NCBI GenBank assembly: GCA_028023455.1
Contig: JAQFVV010000001.1
Span: forward strand, 496,001-560,000
From: Epiperipatus broadwayi
Lineage: Eukaryota; Animalia; Onychophora
Reading direction: 5' to 3'
Length of the DNA: 64,000 bases
Shown: positions 37,801 to 49,779 of the stretch, piece by piece
Layout: every line of letters begins with the position of its first letter
Numbering within the stretch: the stretch's first letter is position 1
Notes under the pieces: model-generated
Databases searched by the model: none
The model's input: only the letters and a program-made list of their open reading frames with translations
What the model was told of the DNA's origin: nothing
Made by a program: the position numbers and the translations under genes

Positions 37801-39871
37801 CTGGAGTTTTCTTTCTTTTCGTAAATATGGTTTTGAACTATTTTTTTTTTTACTAACTTTCATATTAATGCTTATTAATAGGTTAAAGATAGGAAAGGAA
37901 CATAGAAATATTAAACTATTTACTAACATAGTGCTTAGATTCTTATAAAAAAAAAAAATTTAATAGTTTTAAAAAGACTTAATATCTTAAGTGGGATAAT
38001 GTGGAATAAATGTATATGTTTTATTTAGTTCGTGAACCTGCAACGCCGATTAAGTAATTAACCAGTGGAGATATTACTTATGGTAATGATTGTAAAAATA
38101 TTAATGATTTTATAATGTATTTTTTTGTTTTTAATAGTCAAAATATATCATTTTGTGTGGATGTGAAAACGTATATCAAAACACAATGCATACACATAAA
38201 TTATAGGAGTTTATTTATTTTTTAAAAATATGCATACTTTTATTTATATTATAAGTATATTTTAACGTAATGGGAATATAAGTATATGATTCTATCTTAA
38301 CTGAACTTAGTATTTATTTTAAGTGATTAAAGTGTTATATCGATACTGATTATTTATATTTTGGTCTAAGAGTTATCAAAGAAATGAAGTAATCTTTTCT
38401 TATTGAGCAGTTACATCGTTATTTATACGTGAATTTATTTATTGTTATAGAAATGTGGGAAGAATTTTAGCGATGTAGAGTGATAGATCTCTAAGAAAGT
38501 TATAAGGATAGTGGCTTGGTAGTAAGTTAAATGAAACCAAGGTAATATTTTATGTAGGATTTATTTATATGGGGATAAGGGTAATCAATAATGATGATTA
38601 TGCAAGTATAGATAACTTAGCCCTATAGCTTGTATATTTTCCATGGCAGTGTTTTCTGTGTGTTGAAGTTGAATGTTCCATAGAGCTGAATAAATAGCCT
38701 GGACATTATATTTAGTAGTGGAGGTTATTAGACAAATAAGTCATACCTCATTTCTTATACACTGTTACTATGATGATTATTTGATAAGAGGTATTATTGA
38801 GTTAAAACTCTAGTTTATTCCATATACCTACCCATTTATTCACTATCAAAATTTCTCGTATTACATCATGTAGGATTGTATTTAAAACATGAATTGATGA
38901 ATAAGTTTGGAAGTGCGGGATTGTTATTGAAAAGGATAAGATGGGTTGTCTTACTTGAAGTAAAGATAGAAATAAATACAAAGATGATAAGAATATGATT
39001 TGTCAGTAAAAGAATCATAAAACTTTTTATATTTGAAATTGATTTTTTTTTTTATAAAGATGGATAAGTGATAAGATATTGATTAATTATTAAGTATTTT
39101 TTTAAAAGACTTACTTATGATGTATATTTTTGACAAGTAAAATAATAAAACTAAATCGTGTTAAAAGAATACAGATAATCATAAGCTTTGTAAAGGTTAT
39201 TCTTTAATAACGATACACTAGCACATATATTATATCTGATATTAAATTAATAATTAGTAAGCAGTCTAATTTAATCGCTATGTTATTAATTAAATTTATC
39301 CATGTTGTTCTTAAGTTGGGAATGACTACATGATGTATTAAATTATCTTAAAATAATTAAGTACCAGTAACAGATGAATAGTAGACTGATTAATTTTATC
39401 TTATATTTTAAACTTATTAACTTAATGAAGATGTATTAGAGATATACTATGATAATATTTTAATAATAGATATTTTTTTTATAAATCCCATATTTTATTT
39501 TGTTTAATTTATTTTTGTTTGGAAAGTACAGGAAATGCAACTAGATAAAGTTCATTAATGATGTAAATAATGTATATAATTTATTGTTGAAGTTGTTAAT
39601 AAAATTTGTTAAATTTGTTTTATAAATCTTGGTGTTGACTCAATTTCTCCACATCACAGTTACATAATCACAGATAATTTGAATTAAGATATAATATTTG
39701 CACAACATAAATAAAACTATTATTTAAGAGTTATAATATTTTCTTGATATGATTTTCTTTAAGAAACTTCATTTATCATATCATTATTATGGCCATACAA
39801 TAATTATAAAGTATTTACACAGAATTATAGTATTATTATGGTTGCCACATATTCTCAGATTATAAGATTAT

Positions 39872-40490
39872 CATCATCACCATCATCAATCCACTGCAGG
39901 ATGAAGGTCTCTCAAAGTTTAATCCATCTTTTCCTATCTTTAGCTTCTCTTCTCCACATCACCCCTGCACACTTTCTTATTTCATCCATCCATCTCATAT
40001 GTGGTCTCTTTCTGGGTCTTTTACAATCTCTTGGAATCCAGTTTAAAATTTCAATTGTCCATCTGTTATCATCTCTTCTAACAATATGTCCAGGCCAATT
40101 CCACTTCAGTCTTTTAATTTTTTCAATGAGGTCAGTTACACCTGTTTGTTCTCTTACCCATACATTGCGTTTTCGATCTCTTCTTGTTACTCCCAACATG
40201 CATCTCTCCATGCTTCTTTGAGTGGTCTGAAGTCTCTGTATTGCTCTTCTATTAAGTGTCCAAGTCTCAGATCCATAAGTAAGAACTGGCAAAACACATT
40301 TATTAAAAACCTTCCTTTTCAAACACATAGGTATATTTCCTTTTAGTATCAAGTTATTTCTACCAAAAGCACTCCAACCAAGTTTAATTCTATGATTAAT
40401 TTCATCCATTATATTTCCATATGTATTAATAATCTGACCAAGGTATTTGTAACTGTTCACTTCTTCTAACTTATCATAATCAATCTTTAG
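39872..40490 (-). mobile_element. 5'-truncated, relatively young RTE-clade LINE with (TGA)n tail and 10-bp TSD
   Basis: Open 182-aa frame (YKYLGQ, RIKLGWSAFG, VLTYGSETW, LKWNWPGH, KRPRKRPHMRWMDEI). Tail tcatcatcaccatcatca on plus. TSD ataagattat at 39862-39871 and 40491-40500. Confidence 0.92.
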
Positions 40491-41299
40491 ATAAGATTAT
40501 ACCACATATTTATTTAAGATGCCATATGGATAAGAAAAGATATTATATTATTATTATTATTACACATGATCAGTATTACAATGAGTGGAGATGAGATTAG
40601 AGTATACATTGAAGATTATTATTATTATTATTATTATTTATTTATTATTAGTATTAGTCAGATGTAGTTAGGAATGATATTAAATCCTTTATCATGCTTG
40701 ATTACAGAGATTATAGTTGCCTAGAATTATTTTAAAAGAACCTGAGATTATTTGAGCTAAATTATTTAGATAAAGAGATGAAGATTAATTTATTGGGATA
40801 ATCTTAATTAATTATTTATTATTGAAGACATAGGAATGCTATAGATTTAGTGTTTGAGATAGTAAAAGAAAGGATAGTATTCTTATGCCATTGAGGTGTA
40901 TTCGTCTTGCTACTTGTAAACTCACTTCATAGTCTCATGAATTTATTAGATATTTATTTATTTAATTTATGAAACCGAATCATATTACTATTTATTAATT
41001 TGAGCTAATTTAATAACAGATAGTATTGGAGAATATAGTTATTATTAATTAGATACATTTTAAATGAGCACAATTATTTATCTGAGCTAGATCAATTTAT
41101 TATTATTACATATTTCCTAGAAGTGAGGATACAATATATAAAAAATATTTGTTAAGTTAACTAACATCACTAACCAAAATATAAAACTTAGATATAACCT
41201 TAGATCAAAGTCGTATCTTAGCAACTAAACGCAAAGGAAATGAAATTAGAATTCAATTATACAATTATTAATTATAATACTTTCAACAATTGTAGAATA

Positions 41300-43200
41300 C
41301 AAAATCATGAAATTAAATAATAAATTTAATCCATGCTACTGGAAGTCGATTTTACTATAAAATCTAAAACAAACAATTTTCAAATTAATTCTATCTTTTA
41401 CAAATGTACTAGTCACTACGCTTAATTATTTTGCTGTGTTCGAATTCCGAACACATTAAAAAGATGGATCAATAGTTTGAATGAATTTTCCTTGTTTATA
41501 AAATCTTCGTGATTAGAAAACTCTAATATCACTCAAGAAAAGGGTAAATAAATTACTCTTTAATATTAATAATAATCAATTCAAAAAACGAGATTATCTT
41601 TACTAGAGTAATTAGAGAAATTCTTAACTAGATCATTCTAAACTTGAACTTTAAAGAAGATAAATATACTAAAAACATTTATATTCAAATAAATTATTTT
41701 AAGATTTCAAGTTATTTAAAATGCATTGTGAATAAAGACAATTTGTGATAGGATCCAATGCTTTTATCTTTAACTTAAAGCAGTGTAATTATTATTCCTA
41801 CTGAAATGCCTAAAGTATATATATATTTCATCTACATAATTCAAAATGCAATTTCAATTTATATGGAAATAATTTATGAAAGAAGATGTCAACATCACGC
41901 AAGATAGGAACAACGGTGTTAATTGCCTCACCGATGATTGATGACCAGGTAATAAAGAACATTATTCTTAATGAACATTACTCCGCAAATTATGGAAATG
42001 AATAGGACAATACCATAAACTTTTAATAAATCATATCATCTTTGTATATCATCATCTATAAATATCTAATTTTATTTCCTTTGCTTCCAAAATCTACTTA
42101 CGTCGGATAATCAGTTTGGAAAATCACTAGATGAAAAGAAATTGGAAAGATCATTGAGTTAAATATTTTTTATTATTTAATAAAATTTAGGTCTTCCTTG
42201 TAAAGGACTTGACCTGGATAAATACGTACACTTAATATGAAGGTAAGATTTTATTGTTCTTCATATTCAATTTATTCACTTGACATGACAGAATTTTTAT
42301 TTATTACTAACTTAATTAATTTAGTAATATTTGTTTATTTATTCTTGTATAAACGATTAATATCCTTGAATGAATGGTCTATTCTTTCAATAATAGGGAC
42401 CACACATAGATGGAGGGTCATATAAAATGGAATTCCCTCAAAAGGATTTGATAATACAAAAATTTTCATTTATATTTATATTGCCTAAATTAAATTTAGA
42501 TAGTTAGTACTATTATAATTTTTTGAAATTATAAAATTTCATTTATTGTTTTATAACTGTTTAAATATTGCTTGTGCTATAATACATATCTACTAGGAGA
42601 TATGAGAAGGTATTTTAAATTTATATATTAATATAGTAGAGACGAATGAAAGACACTCATAATTATAAATGTTGATATACATAAAAATAAATTTAAATTG
42701 TTGTCAGTTAATAAACATTGGTAATTTTTATTTTATTTTAAGAAAGTCTGATTTATTTAAATCATTTATTTTCATAATAAAATAAGATTAAATACTCATA
42801 CCTATATATATCTATCATCCTAATTTGACATGATAATTGGTTAAAAGTAATTTTGAGAATCTATTGATTGAAGTTATATTAAATAATATTATTGCTACAG
42901 GATATTAATGGAATCCTTGAAGAGAGTTAATTGCAAAATCCACCCTGATTTTGAATACTAAGCATAACGGAGTAATCAAAAGAAGTGAAGATTGGAAAAA
43001 TTCATCTAAATTGTATCTATAGTTAATATTTAGATATTAAATAATCTTATTTGAAATAGATGCAATCATAGATTTAATTTTTATCACGTTATTCATGGCA
43101 TCCTATATTAAGATTCTAAGTCTGACTATAGTTAAATATGTCCATCAACATTCCTTAAGGGAACCTGGACTGTTACAATAATGAAAAAAGGGAAGATTTA
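41300..43200 (+). mobile_element. Very decayed non-LTR retrotransposon ORF2 relic
   Basis: Ordered fragments LLEVDFTIKS (GDFN-like), LLTSDNQFG (~42110), LDLDK (~42210), NGIPSKG (~42430), IACA (~42570), YHVIHGIL...CP (~43090). The spacing roughly fits RT domains. Confidence 0.4.
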
Positions 43201-43585
43201 TTGCTGAAATAAAAAATCAACAAATCTAATATATCTTGGAAGCAGGAAGTTTGAATTAACAAGGGTCTCTCTGTGTATAGTATATATATATGCATTGTAT
43301 AAATATCTATGTATGCATAAATAAAAATAAAATGCAAAGTGCGGTACATGTATATACATGCTTATAATATACTGTACAGTAGTTCTCAATAGACAAATAC
43401 TGCATTCCACATTTTGCTGCAAGTTAAAAAAATTTACAAATCTTTATTGCTAATGTGCCTACACTAAAAATATTTTGATAAAGCAAATATTTGCAAAATT
43501 ATTTGAATCATCACATTTTGATAATATTAACATTTTTTTGTAATCAATAAACTTTATTCCGATACTTAAAATAAAAATATTGTCA

Positions 43586-43680
43586 AGCATTGGTGTCGAG
43601 AGGTGGCTGCTTTACAAGCAGTTGTCCCGGGTTAGCGGGTTCGCTTCCCGGCTGATGCTATGACACATGAGAAAAAAAAA
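43586..43680 (+). mobile_element. tRNA-derived short SINE (Val-TAC-like anticodon arm)
   Basis: Acceptor-like agcattgg/ctgatgct, anticodon arm gctgc-tttacaa-gcagt, B-box ggttcgcttccc, then tgacacatgag and an A-tail. Confidence 0.8.
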
Positions 43681-45171
43681 TAAAATAAAAATATTTTCTC
43701 TCTCTTTTTCATACCATTAAGTTTAATTATTATGCACCTTCATGATGTAATTCAAATAATTTGTAGTTTTCTGTTAATTTTTTTATGATAATACAAATTT
43801 ATATATATTGGTTTTGTTTATATGTATAAATAATTATATTAGGAGACATAAAGACTTAAAATTGTATTTAAATTTTATATATATGCATAGAATTAAATAA
43901 ACTATTCTATTCGACATCATTCTCCACCCCCCACCCCCGGCGCAAATTTAAAAAAAAAAAACTACATGAAAGTTAAAGTAATGTGCTTAATCTTTTCTTG
44001 GGCAGAGGGCATCATCTAATAAACAGTGGTCAGTCACTTGGAATTATGAGATTTCGATCATCAAAAATGACAATTTGAACTTCGCGATCCAGGTATTTTT
44101 AGCTTTCAAGTTAGTTATTTTACCAATGGGCATGATGATTAGGTATTATATATATGAGTATATGAAGATATGCAAAGCAAGTAAAAGAGAAGAATAAGAG
44201 AAAAACTACATACGCTAATAACAAAGATTTATCTTTATTTTCTTAACTATTTATATATAGTGCATTTAGATCTCAGCTTTAAATAAAGAAAAACCATCTA
44301 AAATTTATTTATGAAATGCAGACTATCAAAATTCTATATGTTTAACCATTGAATAAGCAGACATTCTTGCACATTTTAAAGTCTTCTCTTTATGCAGGAT
44401 GAATCATACCGTTATCAAATAAACTATTGGTTTTTGAATCAACTTCGCCACTAAATTAAAAGTTGTGTTGGCAAAAAGTATCATCGTGGATGAGTTTATT
44501 TTAAAATTGTACTTATTAACTCTCATATATATATACAAATAAGATGAACAAAACTAATACTACTAAATGGCTACAGTTAAAAATGATTAACTGTAATTAA
44601 GTTATGGATAAATACTTCATTGTATTCAATAAATCATTGATATTAACTATATTTTAAGAGCAGAACCCAGAAATCTTTTTCTTTATAGAATAAAAAAAAT
44701 ACTAAAGCATAGATTATAACAGAATTATTTCGATTTAAATCATAGTTAAACAATGTTTACCTATTTGATTTATGGCAGATTCATCATCAAAACGTTATTA
44801 TCGGTAATTGATCAATTATTTATTTTTTCAGTTCACCCAAAAATAAATAAGACTCAAAACTGTTTATAAATTAACAAATAAACAGAATATTAAATAATAC
44901 TATAATAATTTTTTTTTTTTTTAAAAAGCAATGAAATTATTTACTTAAATTTTATATTAACTCAAAGAAAATTAAATCAAATGCACAAAAATAAATATTT
45001 TATTCGGAAGTTAAATAAAATAAAAACATTTAAATTATTTATATTTTAAGCCCTCCGGTTACGTTAAGCTCCTATAACGTAATGCTTAATTTATCACTTA
45101 TTATTGTCAATTAACTATTATTTGAATGAATGCCAAAGTTTTTTTTAATAAACATTAAATTTAATACTTAC

Positions 45172-45336
45172 ACTATGATCAATATTTAACTTTAATTTTC
45201 TCTGTGCTACCGTTTTTTGTATCCTTTTGCTATAACTAGCATTTCCAGCAATTCGAGTACATCGTTCTCCATCATCAAACAAACAACAAATTTGATCATG
45301 TCCTCTGCTATCTTCTTCGGTGCTGAATCCATTCAT
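45172..45336 (-). CDS. SAP30: SAP30 (Sin3A-associated protein 30) coding exon 1, 55 codons, N-terminal zinc-finger region
   Basis: [55 protein letters not shown] matches the SAP30/SAP30L family N-terminus. Phase-0 donor agt|GTAAGT at 45171. Confidence 0.95.
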
Positions 45337-46564
45337 GGCCCCCACTCACTTCTAAACGTTATCTGGGTGAGCCACGATTTGTCGAGATTCAACAAACACA
45401 AATAGATTTTAATATCTTCCAATTAACAAATGGACAACTTAAGACCATATGCGATGAAACGTGATTTAGCCAAATCGACGAGTTTGAGGATAGAAGTAAA
45501 CCAAAGAACTGAATCGTATTCTGGGATATGCGATGAATTGGACGTAGAATAATGTATACTTATTATCACAATAGCACTATTTATGTGTGATCTTAAATAC
45601 TAGTTAGTGTAAGATACACTCAGTGTCATATTTGTTATACACGACAACTGCTTAAAAGTTAGAGTATAGATAAAAAATATTTGTTTATATATTTTTTTTC
45701 CTGATAATTTTTTTTTAATGACTATGCTTGCGTACATCATAAACTTAAATATACGCATACATATATTACAATTAGTGAATAAATATCGATACAAATAATA
45801 ATACAATTTTAATTATGAAAAAAAAAAATGGATTCAACTACTCTTTTATCAATATTCGTTAACTGATAAATGCCCTTACTTTAAAATAAATAATTGGAAG
45901 TACAGTATTTAGCAATTGTTTATCCTTAGCTTTTGTAGTAATATAATGCAATTTTTAAAAAGAAAAGTAAAATATTGAAATAAGAAATATGCGTTTACTA
46001 TAACAATATTTAAATGTTTTTTTCATTTTTAAATATTTGTTGACTATTTTTAAAAACACATACTTTTAAAAAAAGAGTTTTATTATTACGTTGTAAATAC
46101 TTATTTTCTTATAACCTTAATTCGTTTATTGCCAATGCTTTTAATCTTTCAATAATCTAAATCGTTTCTCTGTAAAATATTTTTTAAAAAAAACTTTTAT
46201 TATTATTATTAAATAATATTCAATCTAATAATATTTATTTTGTAATCAATTAGTTTAAGAAATAAAGACAGTATGCATCATGCTATACTAAAAGTTCAAA
46301 GAATTGAAAATATTGCTTAAAACTTAAGTCTTCCCGCGTTATTATCACATGCTTTGTCAAATTTCCAATCATTGGAATTACTGACTTATTATTTATTTGC
46401 CACATGATATTAACTTTTCAATACTATTGGTGTATTTTTGCGGCCAATCCAAATTAAACCAATCAGCAATCACTAAAGCAAGCTCCTTCAATCACATATA
46501 TCGCATAAGTAGCGTGGGTCTTGTGCAAAGCAAGGTCTTTAGCTTATGTGCTGCAATCCATAGG
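45337..46564. promoter_or_regulatory. Putative bidirectional promoter region for SAP30 and the HMGB gene, including a candidate non-coding HMGB exon 1 (~46490-46564)
   Basis: CpGs retained relative to the flanks. DRE TATCGATA at 45784-45791. CCAAT boxes at 46444 and 46459. Donor-like tagg|GTGAGT at 46565. Confidence 0.55.
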
Positions 46565-47918
46565 GTGAGTTTTATTTGAAATTTTTATAGGAAAAAATTA
46601 TTGTATGTTGATCAAATTTTTTGATGCAGTAAATAAATCATGATACTTTAATATGCAGTAGAGTTTTTAACTTTTTAAGTGTTGTCAGTATATGCTTTTG
46701 AGGTCCGCAAACTTAATACTTACGGCTACCTCAACAGCCGTTACAAAGCAAATGGCAGCCATGTAAATCTAATAGGCGCCTATGTATAAAGTACAGTTTC
46801 GCAATACACATATTTTAATACTGAAGGATCGATTTTTAAAATCATATCTAATTGAAGAATTCAATGTTTTATAACAATTTTCTAAATTTTTCGTTAATAT
46901 ACGAGTTAAATTTTAAATTACAAGCCTTGATAGCTTTGCTTGCCTTTGTTAGTATTGCTTGTCTATGGCGTTTTACCAAGGCACAATGTACATATTGCTT
47001 TGCATTGAAAGCTATGGGCTAAAGATACTACCTAGCATATACATATTAGACAGTAGTGTACTATATGTATTAAGTTGTAGTAACCTGGATCTTTGAAATG
47101 GCTTGACTTTTTTAAAAACTGATTTCATGGCCAAGTTCGAGGATCATATTTAATAGGACTTTCATTCATGGGGAGGCATTTTGTCATTTTGAAGATGGAA
47201 TTTGGCGTAGTTGTTTTTCTTCTGACCTCGTCGCTGTAGTCATGAGTGCCTTATTATGGCAGTCCTTGTATATACAATAGATGCGTATAGGCTTGTATAT
47301 TAGCATTACATAATATTGATGTTCATTTTAAAGTAATATTTTAGGGAAAATTAAGATTTTTTTTTTTTATTTTTCTTTGTCTAAATTCTGGTTTTTACCG
47401 GTTCCTAATGGCGGGAAAGTCCTAGTTGTAGTCTTGAAGATGGCATCCGAATATTATCTGATTTTATAATTTAATATTAATAATGGGGGAAAATATGAAT
47501 TTTTTTAAGTGTAATATAAATTATTGTATATAATTAAATTATTACTTTTTTTTTTTTTTAATTAATGAAAATTTAGCTACACCATTTTTGATTGGGAAAA
47601 TTTAATTCTAAATTATAAGCTGTCGTTTTTTATTTTTTTAGGGAGGGGGGGTGGGTTTTATTTATTTGCAATTTTATTCTATCTCGTTTTTATTTTTTGT
47701 ATGTGCGTATATGTATGTTTTTTAAAAAAAAATTAGTATTAAAATAAGACGTCTTAAAACTTTGTGGGGTGTTATTATTTTTGTTTAAATTAGTACGTAA
47801 GAATTCAAATCCAAACATTTTTTTTTATTTTTAAATTTGTATAAAATTTTTGGTTTAATTAATTACTTGCAATCCAAGTTGTCACTTTGTATGAAACTTT
47901 TTTAGAGCAATATTTAAT

Positions 47919-48065
47919 ATGGGCAAAAAAGATCTGAAACCTCGTGGGAAAATGTCTGCATATGCCTTCTTCGTGCAGACATGTAGAGAAGAGCATAAGA
48001 AGAAACATCCCAACGAAAATGTAGTCTTTGCCGAATTCTCAAAAAAATGTGCCGAAAGATGGAAG
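47919..48065 (+). CDS. Dsp1: HMGB/DSP1-family protein, coding exon 1 (HMG box A, 49 codons)
   Basis: [31 protein letters not shown]...[10 protein letters not shown]. Acceptor ttttag at 47905, donor GT at 48066. Confidence 0.97.
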
Positions 48066-48141
48066 GTATTAACAAGTAATATTTATTATCATATATTAAA
48101 TATTTTTTATTCTGTTTAATTTTTTTTTATACTTCATTTAG

Positions 48142-48477
48142 ACAATGAGCGACAAAGAAAAGAAACGTTTTCATGATATGGCTGAAAAAGATAAGGCTCG
48201 CTATGAGAAGGAAATGTCCACCTACAAGCCAGCTAAAGGAGAAAAAATCAAGGGAAAGAAACGCAAACGTACTAAGGATCCTAATGCACCTAAACGATCA
48301 CTGTCAGCATTTTTTTGGTATTGTCAAGATGAACGTCCTAAAGTAAGAGCTTCTTTCCCTGATCATTCTGTTGGAGAAATCGCCAAAGAGCTGGGTCGGC
48401 GGTGGAATGAAGTTTCTGAGGATACTAAAAGCAAGTACGAAGCTTTAGCAGCCAAGGACAAACAAAGATATGAAAAG
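48142..48477 (+). CDS. Dsp1: HMGB/DSP1-family protein, coding exon 2 (end of box A and box B, 112 codons)
   Basis: [10 protein letters not shown]...[17 protein letters not shown]...YEK. Acceptor catttag at 48141, donor GT at 48478. Confidence 0.97.
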
Positions 48478-48548
48478 GTCTGTCTTTTGTCTTATTTGTT
48501 TGATTTGATTTTTTAATTTGTATATATATATGTACACGTTTATTTTAG

Positions 48549-48737
48549 GAGGTGAAAGCTTACAAAGGTAAAAAGGCTAAAGGAGGAGGAGGTGGAGGAG
48601 CATCTCCATCAAAGGAAGTTAAGAAAAAGAAAGATGATTCCGAGGATGAAGAAGATGAAGAGTCTGCGGAAGAGGAACAAGAGGAAGAAGATGCTGAAGA
48701 GGAAGACGAGGAAGGAGATGATGATGATGATGAGTAA
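48549..48737 (+). CDS. Dsp1: HMGB/DSP1-family protein, coding exon 3 (Gly linker and acidic tail); total 223 aa
   Basis: Acceptor attttag at 48548. EVKAYKGKKAKGGGGGGASPSK...EDEEDEE...DDDDDE, TAA at 48735-48737. Confidence 0.95.
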   Translation, partial: EVKAYKGKKAKGGGGGGASPSKEVKKKKDDSEDEEDEESAEEEQEEEDAEEEDEEGDDDDDE

Positions 48738-49779
48738 ATTATTGGGGTTTCATTTTGGTGGGGGGATATCAAGTTATAACCTTCCTTTTCCCAAACATGT
48801 ATATCACTGTTGTAGTTAACTGAGTGAAAATGACGTAGATTTACTCAGGTGTTGAAGGTTGTAAGTTAGTTTGTTTCCCAACATTGTATACTGTTAAAAT
48901 ACTGCATCATGGACTGGCATAAATATTGCAGTCCTCGTTTCCTTTTGTTAATTTTTTTTTTTTTTAACTTGCAACCATTTCATTGTCGTCACTCCTTCCT
49001 TTTGTTCCTTGTATTTAAACCCTCATTGTTCTTTGTAGCAGATTATTTCAGTATTTTTGCCAGTCCTTTTAATTTTTGTGTAATGTACAAATACTTGTAG
49101 CATTGTCTTCTATTTTTTTTTTTTTAAAGAGAGAAAAAGTAAAGATGGCGATAATGGTCCATTTTGAATGTTTAGAACATTGATTCAATTTTCTATGAAT
49201 GTGTAATAGGGAGTTACAGCACAATTTCACTTTTTTTTTTTTAAATAAATAAAAAAAATTTTTAAAAGATATATGTATATTTTTATTTTTTATTTTTGTC
49301 AAAGTCATAAAGCAAATGATTTGCTTGTAAAAGATTACTCTTAGTTGATATTATTTACTACTATTTTTTTTTTAAATCTTAAATGCACTCCTGTACAGGA
49401 TGATTATACCAACTTTTAAAAAAGAAAATGTGCTTCAATGTTTTTTTTTTTTTTTGTTTGTTTTACATTTTTGTGTATAATTTTTATAGCATTCCTGATT
49501 TCATTTTAATATAGCACATCAAGCTCATTTGTATTGTCTAGAAATTCTAAAGAAGAAAATAAATTTTACAAACTTAGATTCTTTGTATTTCTGGTTTTTT
49601 TATTAAAGTATTGTTATAATCAGGAATTTCATTTTGGAATGGACCTATTTTAGGTAAATATAAGTTAAGACAAAACATATTACTGCTGTAATTACATTTT
49701 TTATTATAATATGAACTATCAGGAACATTCACAAGTTAAGAATTTGGGCTTAAAATAATCAGTTACTCTTAAAAATGCC

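Noticed and set aside
39661-39690. ICDY on the minus strand as SAP30 exon 2
   Set aside because: The flanks read LIQIICDYVT, not RHxYICDxHK.
48560-48819. Overlapping Ser-rich and Lys/Arg-rich ORFs
   Set aside because: Shadow frames of the low-complexity acidic tail of the HMGB gene.
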